The position numbers were made by a program, and so were the translations under genes. 64,000 nt of DNA from Nymphaea colorata. Lineage: Eukaryota. The stretch is from assembly GCF_008831285.2 (NCBI RefSeq), contig NC_045138.2, positions 35,154,001-35,218,000 of the forward strand, read 5' to 3'. Positions 36,625 through 49,937 of the stretch are shown piece by piece. The notes under the pieces are model-generated. The model did not search any database. It saw nothing but the letters and a program-made list of their open reading frames with translations, and was not told the origin of the DNA. Within the stretch, counting starts at the first letter, position 1, and every line of letters starts with the position of its first letter.

Positions 36625-39600
36625 TTATCCACTTCTTAATGCTTTTATCCAGTCGATTTCAAGCTTAAAATCTCCAGGCCCAGATTTGGTGCCAGGAACA
36701 CCTCCTTCAGCATTAACAGATAATGACATTCCAACAACACGGGAGGGATTCATTTCCAACCTTGCATCTACTATGTTTCCTCTCCATGTGGGTAGGTAGC
36801 TAGCAAGTGGAATCTGAAGCAAACAAAAGCCAACAGAAGTCTATCAAAAGCCAACAAAGTCAATCTGAAGAATAGAAGACTGCCAATAACTCATCCTCAT
36901 ATTGGCTCAACAACCTCGTTTTATGATTATTTTCTTCAATAAAACATCATAACATTCCATAACTCAGCTTACCCTCTTCTCATTCTAAAGTGATTTGTAA
37001 TTACCATTAGTTAGTTAGCAACACAAGCCAGCCAGGATCCAAAAACTTACCTTTGCAATGTACCAGTTACCTCTGGGGAGAACCACAAAAGCTTGCCATG
37101 TATTATCCTCTAACTGACCAGGGGCATTAATCCAATTCTCTGTATAGATCTAGCATTCACCAAACCAATTTATGGATATGAATCAAGATCATTTACAATC
37201 AAGAATTTTGCACAGTGAGAGTTATAGTGGGGTACATACGGTAGATATGTAGCATCGGCCATCTCCCTTCAGCTTAAAGGCCAAAGTGTCATAAGGATCC
37301 AAATCAATGAAGCCATCAAACTGCACAAGATGTTTTCAAATGAACCATCTAAAGAAAAGTTAGCAATCATTCTCTGTTTAACAATAAATTGTGTAGATTG
37401 TTACGATCTTCATAACAATGAGACTTATTTCAAGCTAAAACAGAAGTCACAAACATCATAGCCAACATTAAGAAAAGCTGGAAAAGACACCATATTGACT
37501 AAGTATGGAGTTCCTTCAAGTGACACTGAAATCTAAAGAAAACAACATAACCTGGTTTCCTGTTAAAGAGACGCAAGAAGCTGAACAAATGCAACAAATC
37601 AGTTATGAATGTCACATTTAGATCCCTCCAATTGTTAACACGACATACTGGATATAACATTCTTTGATTAAAGAACTAAAAAGTTTCCAGTCCCATTGGT
37701 ATGAGACAGTTGTCCATTCATAGCGTGGCGATCAAGCACATCTAAGTAGAGAAGGTAAATGCAATAGCAGTTTATGCTAAAAAAGAATGCAAAGGACATT
37801 CTTTCCCATTCTAACAATCACATAAATTTACATCACTCTAGTGACTAATCCATGATGGAAGCAATCACAATATCTTAATTTAGCTGGTAAGTACTTGGGC
37901 ACACATGGAAACCACTACGGGTAATGCTCCTATATTCATATGCTGAGAGATGGCATATTTAGAGATGGATACAAGCTGACACTCTTACATTCACCACTGT
38001 TGAAACAATTGAATCGTGAGAACAGTAGAATACGAAGACAAATGTAACGTGGAAAAACCCTGGACTCGAGGGAAAAAACCATGATGGAGATCTCCGACGC
38101 CCACTAGCAGCGGGTCTATCTCTCTCTCTTAGTTTTTATTCACAACTTGAAATAAGGGTTACAAAGGCTTAAATAGAGCTCAACATGAACAACGGGTCGG
38201 ACAGGGTCCAGACCCACACCCAAACATACAAACACGTCAACAACCACAATGGTTGAATGATATAGCTAAAATGTGGGGCACATAATCCTCTTCTGGTTAG
38301 AAGAAAGAAAGAGTGAGGGGGTATGGACGGCAGTATGTATAGATCTACGCCTGGTTGTGATAAAAGTAAAACAATTAAGCAATAAACCCAATTAGTTAGC
38401 ATTAGTACACTATACTGTGGCTAACAGATTGAACACTCACCTTCTTAGATCTCATTCCACAAAAGCCACTTCGGTTCATTCTCCATCTGGAACCATCAGA
38501 TACTTCAGAAGAAAGATTGCCGGAAAATATACCTTCCGAATAGATATAATTCAGAGGTGTCAGAAATGTAAGTCCTGAGACCACAAGAAGTAGAGTGATA
38601 GAAATTCCAAAACCATTCTCCTGGCTATGAAAAGGTGTTCTAAGAGAAACCCTTCATCTCCAGAATTACAGGACAAACAAGGTGCCGAGTAAGATCAAAC
38701 TGCAGTACTTTCAACTGAAGAACTTTAACATATAAAGCAATAACAATGTTCGTACCACCCAAATCAAGTATGTTTCCCAAAAAAAGGAGTGTAGTTGAGT
38801 AGTTCAAAATAGCTGGTCATGGATACCGGTAACAGTTGTGGAATGTCATGAGCAAACAATAGCTAGTTAACTTCTAATAGACAGAAGGAAATGAAAGATT
38901 ATATCTACAACGACCTCAGCTAATGACTGTGTTCATGTGCAAAGAACAATAGCAGACACAAGCTTCCATCTGCATTTCACAAGGGCATGATTCAAATCAT
39001 TTTACAGCCCTGGAGAGAATTTAAAGTATTTTAATTGCTCAATCAAGAAGTGCCTTTCCATCTCACCATCTCACTCCCCTCACAAAGAAGTCCACCATTT
39101 CAGTGTCACCATTGGTGTTGTCTTGACTGGTTAGATCACAGATTTTCAAATTTTTGTGGTGACCCATAGATAATTCAGTTCTGAACCCAGAACAGAATGC
39201 ATTAATAGGACTTGGCCATTTACTAGGTTGACATATTTTGGAACTTCCATCAGTGTTACCTGAAACACTTTTTGAACAGCCTGATACAGCCTTATATGGG
39301 CCAAATTAATACAGTAGATGTCACCAACAGATTTTTTCTTCTTGTAAAACAATCCACTTCCAATATGGATTGAAGACGTTGACCTTATTAAACAAAGCAA
39401 ACAAGATAGCAGCTGGTAAATTTTAGACCAGAGTGGATTCATTGAGCATATCTAACTCTTTATGATCTAGACTTTTGTGAGAAAAATATTTAAGTCCAAT
39501 TTTTGACAAAACCTTGTTGTGCATTTTTCCCTCTATTTTTTATTCTTTATTAAGAATACTTGCATTTCAATGCTTCAAATTCATTTTAGGCTCATCCATG

Positions 39601-41533
39601 TTTAAAGCACTCCAATATCTCTCAATTATTTGCAGACGATATCATTTACTCCTCACATAATTCACATTACCAGCTATTTGTTGCTTGATGACTGACATGG
39701 CTAAGTTTATAGGGAATCAACTTACAATAAAAATACATAGTATATCTGACTGCTGCACCTAAATTCTGCAGTTGTTTTTCATGACTGAAATGGCAAACGT
39801 TCACTGACATGATCTCTGACTAACATGATCTGACTTGTGAAAGAGAAGAGGTTCCTAAAATAGTGAAAATTATCCGAGAAAGACAAAACAGAGGGGCCAT
39901 CGAAGCATACCATTTAGACCATTCTCTGCATCTTTGACCTCCAACGAAGCTGACGATAGACCTGATAAACGATTCCAAGCCCCATGAGCATAGTAACAGT
40001 GATTTCATAAGATTTTCTCCATTCCTAATTTTCAACTGAATGGTTTTTTCAGTAATCTTGTCTTAGAGAAGGTAATGATCAATTCATCACATACAGAAGT
40101 CCACGCCAAAATGGATAAAGAGGTAAAGTCATCCAGCTAAATTATCCATGGTTCACTTGCTCCAATTCTTTAGCAGGAAACTAATGTTAAAATAATAGCT
40201 TCAAGAATGAACATACAAAAAAGTTTCGTTTTCGACATTTTTAGACTATAGAATGTTCCGCCTTTGGAGATCTACTCATCATCACATAAGTTGATGCAAC
40301 ATATTGCAGCTACAGACAGTAAACCGAGTCACATCAACTTAAATTCTCACTAGCAGAAATCTGAACAAGATCACATCCCTCACTATACCATAAACCAGCA
40401 TGTGGCCAGAGTTAAACAAGTTGCTGGCTTTTAAAGGCATTGTGCTCTAACTTTTACATTTCATTTAAGGACCTACCTAAAAATTTCAGATTATTCGATT
40501 GTCATCTTCAAGGACACAGATCAAGTAAACCAAGCAGGCCACATCGTCTAAGTATTAATTAAATCAGGATGAGTAAGTGAGATGACTTATTCGAGCTTCA
40601 AGAATTCAAGCTCTATTCGTGCTTGCCGCAAGCTACACCGAGCTCCCAACTGGCTCATGGAAAATAGGGAAAAAGAAATTCTTCAGTGGGATCATGTGAA
40701 TTTGCCCAATGTCCTTCGCCATCAAAAGCTTTCTGCAACGTGGTTTCCCTTTCAACCTATTCCTCGTTCGTTCTTCAGCAAGAACTTCAGAAACAAAGGG
40801 CGTATGTCATAATGTTACAACGCTAACCATTTCATGCATAACCTGTTTGGAGCCTCTCAGGCGTCCAAGTGTCTGGCATCAATCAGATGCCGCATAGATT
40901 TCTCATTTGGCAAGGTCGTCGTCTAACATAAGAATTTAGTTGGCTGGAGTGTACAACACCCTTAACACGGTAAGACGGTGGATTAGGGTTTGGAATATGA
41001 AGGCGACCAGAATTCACGTGAAAAGGAAGTCAAGAAAACGGGAAGGCTCGAATCACAAAGGAAGCAGCCAAATAAACACTTAAACAGGAACTGCATCCTC
41101 AAAACAACCTGAGGGAGCTAGTCGACAGGATTTGTCGAAACATCAACACGAAAAAACCAGTTACCACAAGATCGACAAAGCTAGAGAAACGAATTGAAGG
41201 AAGAACGGACGCACCGCCATACTCCGAATCAGAATAGAGGTGCCATCTTTTCAAATCCTCCTTCGAGCTGAAGCTAAAAACGCACATCTCTTGTGGAGGC
41301 ATCAGCTCTTCCAGATTCCATGTCAACGCTGCAATTGGACAGCCAAACAAAACACAACTTATGCAGTAACATAACAAGAGAAAACCGGAGAAATCGGGAG
41401 ACCATTCACTCCGCCTCAATTGGACAAGGAGCAGAGAGCGCAAAATCGGTCATTCTTTTACCCAACAGAATGAGCAAGTACCTCTTTTAGTGGCGTTAAT
41501 GGAAGCGTTCCACAGAGCTCTGATCCTCGACAT
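36625..41533 (-). CDS. NDUFAF1: Complex I intermediate-associated protein 30 (CIA30/NDUFAF1), 225 aa, 7 coding exons
   Basis: Exons 41533-41482, 41328-41215, 39961-39911, 38532-38441, 37320-37240, 37149-37051 and 36813-36625 total 678 nt, all GT-AG. Product [22 protein letters not shown]...[18 protein letters not shown]...[18 protein letters not shown]...[15 protein letters not shown]...YLPTWRGN...EIDWIKALR. Confidence 0.95.
37998..38242. mobile_element. Solo LTR (copia-like) in CIA30 intron 4
   Basis: Ends TGTTGA...TCAACA (6-bp inverted termini) with perfect 5-bp TSD ACCAC (37993-37997, 38243-38247); 245 bp. Confidence 0.8.
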
Positions 41534-42366
41534 CTTCTGCGAATCAGGCGCTAGATATACATACCCAATCTTGGGGCAATCCTCTCGGGCGCTTCTCAAT
41601 TTGATCGATGCCAGTCAAAAGCTCTTCTGGTTGGACGCAGCCGCCCGTGCTTCCGGAGTGTGGGTTTGTGTGGGAGCGAGGGATGCCAGTCTAACGTTTC
41701 CAGGTAAGGGTAGGACCCCAAAATCGGGGCACTCGTGGCCAGCGACGGGCGGACGCTCGTCTTCCGTGATGTGGTGGTTCGTGGCAAAGGAACCAACCGA
41801 CTGACTGGAGCCGACCATGGGGAGCCGCAGCAGCACCCAAAGAAACAAGATCCAAACGAAAAAAAGTATTAGGCGTCCCCGTCCCGGACCGGAAGGAAAC
41901 AGGTACTTGAAAGCCGTCCCTCACTCGGTCGGTCAGAAGGAACCCATAAACCAAGCCCAACCTGGTTAGCCTTGGGGTCGCTCGCTCGGTCGCTGGGGCC
42001 TCGGGACGGTTGGGGGCGTCGGAGCCCCTCGGCCTGCACACGTGGTACGGGGGCGGGGGTCCGGGGACGGACAGATTTTGTGCCTCTCCCGCTTTTTTCG
42101 CTTTACACCCGTCGCCCCTGCTTTTCCCCGCATCTCTCACGGGAGGGGAAAACGCCCTATGCGTTCCCCTGGTCTTCTTCTTCTTCTTCTTCAGATAAAA
42201 GCCGGTTGGTTCCTTCAGACGGTTTTTCGTGATCTTCAGCCCTATCGGTTTCCATCAGAACCTTAACCTCTCTCTTCCTTATGCCGATGCGTTTTCATAC
42301 TCGCCCCCTTCTCCCCCATATATCCAAAACCCGATGTAAATTCCACCTGCTTTTAGGTCATTAATA

Positions 42367-45300
42367 ATGCTCTGTCCTTCACCTGCATTCTCGGTACTTC
42401 GCTCATGGCTTCGCGATTATGATAGGATCCAATCGGTCGCTGTCTTTCTCATTTACGTTCAGGTAACTCCAATCGCTTTCAATCCTTTGTAGGGTCTAGA
42501 ATTTCGATCATTTTGTATTGTTTCCTGATTTCGCGCTTGGATGCTATCGAGCTGGGGACTGTTCAAGTGATCCTTCCTCATTGTGCGGTTTCTGCTTTTC
42601 CACTGGCGGTACAGATTGGTTGTTCTCTGATCGGATCCGTTGGAGCTCTCTACAATGGTGTATTGCTGATTAACCTGGCAGTGTCCCTGTTCGCACTCGT
42701 TGCCATCGAGAGCAGCAGCCAGAGCCTTGGACGCACCTATGCCGTTCTTTTGGTTTGTGCTATCGTGCTCGACGTTGCCTGGTTCGTCCTCTTCTTCCGG
42801 GAAATATGGTATGCAGATATTTGGAATCCCCACCTATTTATTTGTTTTCACGTTACTTGAGTCTGTCTATTTAAGTTTTTCCAATTTCCATTCACCTCTA
42901 ATTTCTGCATATGGGCTCTTTTCTCCTATTAAGCTTTCATGGATTTCCATTGAGATCTTTTGTTGTTGCAATTTTTGGTAATCGAACACGTAAACTTCTG
43001 CCACTATCTTCAACTTTTTGAAATTTATCCTTGTGACTCTGTTGCTCAGGAATATCTCTACAGATAAGTACGGCGGCTTTGTTATCTTCTCACTAAGAGT
43101 TGCCTTGTGGATGGAGATTGTCGGCTTCTCAGTGAGGTTATTATCATCGTTTGTGTGGATCCAAATGTATAGGTTGGGGGCTTCGTGTGTCAATACAGTT
43201 TGCCACGACGCAGATTTCGACTTGCGAACTAGTTTTATAAACCCTGCACACTATCCGATCCTGCGGCAAAATTCTGACAATTGTGATGCTATAGGAGGCT
43301 CCATTTATGATCCCGCCTCTTACTCTTCTCTTTTTGAAGACGTTCAAGATGGAGGACTTGCTCGCATGGTGGGTTCTTGCGCCTTAGTGAATGTTGCATT
43401 ATGCACACAGATTCCCGATTCCTTTATTGGTTACTCTTTATTTCTGGTGAAATGGTGATAAGTTTTGTCTTCTGATGATTTGGTTTGGTGGGAACTCGGA
43501 TCAGTTTTGTCGTACGCAGGTGTGGCGGGGGCACATGAAATGGTTTAGCCTCGTCAATGTTGTCTTGCTGCTAAATTGTGTCTGTTAGAATTTTGTTGAT
43601 TCGCCATGTTCTTCCATTTTTGTTCTCACTTGTAACTGAGGCTGGAGTTGATAGTCATAAAAGAGACCCTGCAATCTTTTTAGGGATAATCACACCTTCC
43701 AACTGCCTGTATGTCATACAATCATCATGAATAAACTGCATCCGCAACTTTGGTTTATTCTGTGGATGAGGCAAAGACCTTAAAAAACGTACTAGGTTGT
43801 AACAACTTTTCTTCTTAAACGTTCTTTTATTCTTTCCTTTTTTTTTTTTTTTGGTAGTTGTTGGACATATGGGTGTATGTATGCAAGCGAATTGGTGGGC
43901 GTGGAGTTGTCTTCTTCTTGTCCTGTGTCTAGCCATTGCAACTATGGCAAAATCAAGTCTGAGTCTTTGGCAGGGACAAATCCTCACTAAATAATTTAAA
44001 ACAAGTAGTGGGATCAGGCCTGGCTAATCTAGATAAACTCTGATCCTTTTTCTAATTAAATTTTATAGTTGCTGGTTTTGCTCAAGAAAATCAGGCTTCA
44101 GTTGCTGTGCACTGTTTCAACTATTGAAATGCTGTCATAGAAACTCTAGTTAGCAGTTTACCAATGATATCGCATGTTTAGTTGCCTGTTTGGAAGTTTC
44201 ACTAAGCGTCTTACATCCATTAACTGACTTATGGTGGCATCCAAATGCAAACGTGCCTAAAATTTTCCAAGTGGAGAGTTATGGAATCATGCTTGCAAAC
44301 CTGAATTAAACAGGTCTCTCCATGTGTCCAGCTCTTGCATCAGTCTTACCCACCTGGAGATGAGCCAAATCTAGATCTTCCGCTATATCTATTGTATGAC
44401 CATGTCTCCGAGATTTATGTTCAATAGCATAACAAGTTAAAACCATAGGTGTATCTTGTTACTTTTCCACTTTCCTAAGTGTGGACCATCCTGACACTTA
44501 CTTCATTGCAGGGTCCAAAGCAAAGCGGTGATGATAGTAGTGAGTGTATGCCTGCTATGGATTCTCCACAATTGAAGTCCCATACTGGTAGATCTATTCA
44601 AGTAATCAGCGTAAGTGGCAAGTCCTAAACAACCACAGTTGATTTCTTCATTTAGCTGCCAATTTGTCATTTCCTTTTAATACTAGTGGATTTTCCTTTT
44701 TTTATGATCTCATAAATTGTTGTGCAATAATTTTTGAAAACAATATTTGGCTTATTAAAGCTATTTGATTATTTATCATTGTACTATTTTTGCGCACGGT
44801 ATGTACCTGCAGTGAGCTATGGTTTCTCTTGTTTACCACTTCCAGTCTATAACATTGACACACGCTAGGAGGAAAAACCGCCCTACATTATTGTCTGATT
44901 TAAGGCTGCAATGAGTTATAGTTTCTCTTGTTTGCTGCTCCCAGTCTATAACATTGGCACACACTAGGAGGAAAGACTGGCTTTAAATTATTGTCTGATT
45001 TAAGGCAAAATCTACCCCAAATTATTGCTTGATTTATGTTATCCTTGCTACTGTTCATTGCAACGATAGACATGCATTATACTCGTATATATCTCAACCT
45101 CTGGTTCAACTAAATGGCAACCTTCTTTGTTCGTTTAAGTTTGAACTTTGTAGTTTATGTCTTCTGCCCTGAACGCCAGTAGGAGGTATGTTGGTTTTCC
45201 TTAATAAATGTTATTAGAATTATTGCATTTACCTTTGTGGCTTGTTGCTTTTTGTGGAGAACAACGTATATTGATGTATATCTTCCCTTTGTTAGGCTGT

Positions 45301-47227
45301 GGAAACTGGAAAGTAGTTATTATCCAATAAAAGCTATTTGGACAATAATATTGGAGAAATTAAAGGCAGGAACAAGATATATATGAAAAATAATACCCAT
45401 TTGAAGCTACATTTAAAGTTTAGTTTGTAATTCACAAAAGGAATGAGGCAGCAGTAGAGAACGGGAGTTCAAGTGAGCCAAGTTGCTTGCCTCCTATATT
45501 CAGTAAATCTTGATATTAGCTGGTAATTGTATAACTTATTGTGGCTGATTGTTGAAAGAATGGTCTTGCTGCATCAGAGATAAGTATTTACTTTCTCTAA
45601 TTATCACCATTTGTAGTATAGTATGGTCGCATTTTGAACATGACAGTCATATTTGACATGGGCTTTTACAATTATATGAATCTGACATTGCTTAGATGAC
45701 CTGTTTCTGGTGTATGCAGAGAATAGATGACAAATACAAATAGAACCAAGAGTTAGTGTAAATTATGTGTCTGAATGGGATTTTAGATTGTTTGATACTT
45801 CTCATGCTATCGAGTAGCCATTCGTTACTGAATGAATCAGGTCAGTTGAAAAGAAAAATACATAATAAGTAATATGATAATTCCCAATCTCCTTCTCCAA
45901 GATCTAATATGTTCATGTCCGCATCTGATAATAATGTCAGAACTTACCATGGGAGTGTACCATCCCCTATCCCAGCTACATTTTTTTCATCCATATCGTC
46001 CATGAGTGCAGCCCATTGAATTGGAAAAGCAATGGGAGATTTGTTTTAAAATTTAAAATGTGTTGGATACAGAATTTGGTAGGAGCCTCATGCAGGCTCG
46101 AGGACATGTCCTCTGACCAACACCAACTCAACTGATGGGCCAGGAGTGCCATCCTAAACCAGGTTGGTGCGCCTCAGGACCTGGACATCAGTTTTAAGGT
46201 TTAACTTTTAAGTTCCTCCTCTGGAAACTCTGAAAAGTAATTATTTTCTCTTAAACCTCTGAAGAAGTTCCAATGCCTACCAAAAAGAATAAATAGAGGC
46301 AAGATACTAATAAAAGGAAAGAGGAAATTTGGGAACAGTATGAGTTTGTTAGTTAAAATGAAAGAGGAGTATTTGAGGCCCAAATATTAGTTGAGGAAGT
46401 TTTATATACTCAAGAAGCAAAATTGGTCAGGTCAACAAAATTGATCTCTGTATGTGTCAGCGAACTAGTTCATTAGTTAAACAATTCAAACTAGTTTCAT
46501 GCTTCAGACCTCTAATGTTGATAATCTGTTTTTTAGTCCTTTTAAACATTTTTTTTTTGGAACCAGTGACAGGCAAGTATTGTTATGTTGGGAAAGGGGA
46601 GGGTGGGGGGGGGAGGAGGAGGGGGGCTTGGGTGGCCTTGTTTGGTTGCGGCTAGTGCATCCTGGTGAAAGAACTCCAGACGATGGCTTAGAGAATGAAC
46701 CACGACTACTTCTGTTGTCCACCTCACTTCGGGGAAGCGTTTCCTCCTTTTCTCCTCTTTGTCTTGACTTGTTGGTTTTACCTTCTTTTTTTTTCTTTTG
46801 TAGTTAATCTCATTTCTTCCACATTAATCTCCTGATTCACGATCACCTGTGTAGGACATATATATAAGGTTTGAGGGTAATTTTCTCAAAAAAGTTACGG
46901 CTTTTGTTGTTTTAATCATGGCGTGATGATGTTCGCCAGCATTCAAGTGCTGGATCTGAAGCATGAGTAGGTTGCATACTCTTTTTTCTTGTGATCCATG
47001 ATTTAAGGAATTTAGTTCTGTATGTCCTACAATATTTTGGTAAAAAAATATGATTTTCCTGGCATGTCATTATGCTAAACAATGGCTCATATTCAGGCCA
47101 AGTGAGGGATACGTTTGTCATGGGTGTTTGCCCGGTGTTAAGTATTCTGGTGCCAAGTGTGCAAGACTATCAGTCAGAAGATGGTAGACCTGAACTCAAG
47201 CCTGTGCAGTTCTCTGACGAGTCTTAG
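42367..47227 (+). CDS. Conserved uncharacterised plant multi-pass membrane protein (At1g55535-like as recalled)
   Basis: Exons 42367-42462, 42615-42808, 43050-43368 and 44512-44610 (GT-AG, consistent phases): WLRDYDRIQS..YVQ|IGCSLIGSVGALYNGVLLINLA..VAIESSSQSLGRTYAVLL..W|NIS..WIQMYRLG..GGSIYDPASYSSLFED. The last exon 47174-47227 is tentative. Confidence 0.8.
44811..45006. repeat. Two diverged ~99 bp tandem units in the intron after exon 4
   Basis: TGAG(C/T)TAT(G/A)GTTTCTCTTGTTT...CCAGTCTATAACATTG.CACAC.CTAGGAGGAAA...ATTATTGTCTGATTTAAGGC occurs twice. Confidence 0.85.
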
Positions 47228-48756
47228 CTGGGACGCTTTTCTGCTGGACCATGATTGAGTTTTACAATGTGCATGAGGATAGTTACGCAGGATGCTTTCT
47301 TGGATGCCCCGTAGTTTCCTAGCAGCAGACAGTATCATATTTTTGGAATGTATGGCAGGATGCCAATTTTTTTTTTTATTATTTTTTTAAAGGGTCATCC
47401 ATGTGGGGACACATAAGAATGTTATTTTGGATGCAGAAACCTTTGTTCATAATTTTCGTTGCATTTGCTATGAGTGGATCTTTCTTTGCCACTGACAGCA
47501 TTCATTTCAACTCAATAAACCCTTGGGATTCTTGGACGATCGTTGTGTGGTGTGGTGAAAGCCCTCTTCCTGCTTCTAACTTGCGAGGCCGGGACAGACC
47601 TTGGCATGACTTCCTGTATGGAGAAAGACGGAGCAGCTGCTTGGCTTGATGAGGGAAATTCATAAAATCAATGCTTCAGGTGAGAGTTCAATGACAAGAG
47701 GAGTCCCAATGAGTTTTGCAGGCCTTAGAAAATGAGATCCTTGGTAGGAAATAAGCTGCCAATGATAACCATCAAAGGAGATCAGGCAGTTGGAGCCCCA
47801 TCATCTCACTGAAGCCGTTTTGAACCAAGCGAGCAGAGTGACAGCTAGGAAGTAACTTCCTTTGTGCGAGTCAGGTTGTCTGCATCCTCAGAGTCCACTG
47901 CCATGGTGTGCTGGTGTGCTTGGCCTTAGTGAAGGTGACATGCCTACATTCAGTGTCTCCGATGGGGAGGTATCAACTTCTTGTACTGTCAACTTCTTGT
48001 GGTGCAAATGAGGGTTCATCGATAACAACCTTTTGTGCTGCAAATGCGAAAAACTACAGCTTAAGAAGACAAAAAATTAGATGTGAGCTTTAGCTCTTTG
48101 CCAAAATGAGTCTTCCCGCTCATCCAGTGCATACATTGAGCATCTTCGTTGAAGCAAACAGACCCGTCTTTCAAATAAGCGACGGAAAAGACCGCAACTT
48201 TGATGGTTAGACCACATCTTCCTCAAATTTTTATACCAACAGAGACGTATTTCCAATATGTTGTGTGCTTGTCATTTCTTCAATTCAATGATCTAATTCA
48301 ATCATATTTGTTAACTTTAGGGGGCCTTTTTTTGCTACCTGCAGTGGATGTTTATGAGTGTGGAAAACATGCATCTTATTCCTCCTTAAAAACCTTTGAA
48401 TTGAGGTTTGATGAGGAAAGGTCCAACCTCAAACCTATGGATCTAAGATCCTAAATGTCATGACAGATCCAAGGGGTTTTCAACTGAGAGGATTTTAGAT
48501 CTTTAAATTTCATATCATCATCGCAAAAAGGATCCCAAATTATTGAGGATTTGAGATAATCGATTTAATAGGTTAGTTGGAGTTCTCAGTTAGAGGCTAG
48601 TTCCTAACCGTAGCTTTGAAGAGCCATGTTTCATATCTCGTGGAAACTGCCACCAAGGTGAGTTGTTAATGTCTAACGGTGGGCAACTGGTGTTCGATGG
48701 GTAGTAAAGTACTCAATGATAGTGGGTGCCTAGTTTCTCATGGGTTAGACTTGGAC

Positions 48757-49112
48757 TCTAACACTTCAAAAAATTAATGTTTTACATTGAAAATTGTGTG
48801 AATTTTTTTCAACGACTTATAAAATATGTTATTAAATAGATGGTTGTCCTAGTTCTTAACTTTTTGGGGTTTGGAGCTAAAATTGATAGGGGGCGGGTTG
48901 AGATTTTGTAATGGTATTAGAACCGGTTCAACATTTAGGGTTCCACACATGTGAATCCCAAACATTTAGTCTTTTTATTGAAGATTGTAGGGATCTTCAA
49001 AGGCTTATAAAATTGATTTCCAACCTTTTGGGATTGAAGCTGAAACTGATAGTAAGTAGGTTGGAAACTACTAGACTAAGAGTTTGAGCTTAAAAATAGG
49101 TCAGGTTGTTAT
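48757..49112 (+). mobile_element. Degenerate TRIM of the same family as 34636-35254, opposite orientation
   Basis: Two units resembling the reverse complement of the TRIM LTR (GGTTGTCCTAGTTCTT..TTTTTGGG.TT..AGCT.AAA.TGATAG) flank a PBS-like TGGTATTAGAACC at 48912. No TSD found; boundaries approximate. Confidence 0.5.
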
Positions 49113-49223
49113 ATGAGCTCGTTATTAGACACTTGAGTTCGTGTTGGGTTGGCCACTTGACCTAAATGAGGAGGCTCAACATATATATTTGAAATTCATT
49201 TTTTTATTTTTTATTTTTTATTT

Positions 49224-49226
<3 letters not shown>

Positions 49227-49289
<63 letters not shown>
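49227..49289. repeat. (TA)n microsatellite
   Basis: About 60 bp TA run. Confidence 0.95.
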
Positions 49290-49292
<3 letters not shown>

Positions 49293-49937
49293 TGGGTAAT
49301 GATGCTAACAATTGGCTCACTAAACTCTTGTGCATTAGCCTTGGTGCATGCTAATGATTCCCTTAAAAAACTTTTCATGCATCGCTCATTAAAAACTCTT
49401 GACACCTCATCAAAAGATTTTGAGATCTTCACATAAAAATATGTTAAACATTCAACCAAGTGCTCGACACGTATAAAATTGACGGAGGCCCAACCTACGT
49501 GGGTCAAGCTTAAACCACTAACAAGAGCTATTACGGACTAACCTGAGTCAGATTTATCGAGAGCCTTAAGTCAACTCGAACCAACCGAATGTCGAAACTT
49601 TGTGGAGCGTCGAGCCGACTCGGTCCGACTGGATGCTCAGCGTTACTACTTACTAGTGTCCTTGCTGCAGACTAATCTGGTAGTCTCACAACCTCGTCCG
49701 GTCCTCTCGCAACCCTTGCTGCCCGCAGCCCAGTAGACGCCCTCTCACGCGCTCCCAGTGTAGCATGGGCGAAACCCTCCGCCTGCCCCCGTTTTGACTT
49801 GAGCTCGACATCTGGTGGTTCCGTCGTCGTCATCCTCGTCTGCGCGACGCTGAACCGGGAAATCCATCCTAGCGCCTGGCGTAGCAGGACTTCGAAGTCG
49901 AGAATAAGGGGCCTCCGTCTCCGGCGAACAGAAGCGA

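Noticed and set aside
45860..48060. Possible LINE remnants at about 45860-46400 (minus) and 47520-47830 (plus)
   Set aside because: Only vague motif resemblance, with no continuous frame, poly(A) tail or TSD.
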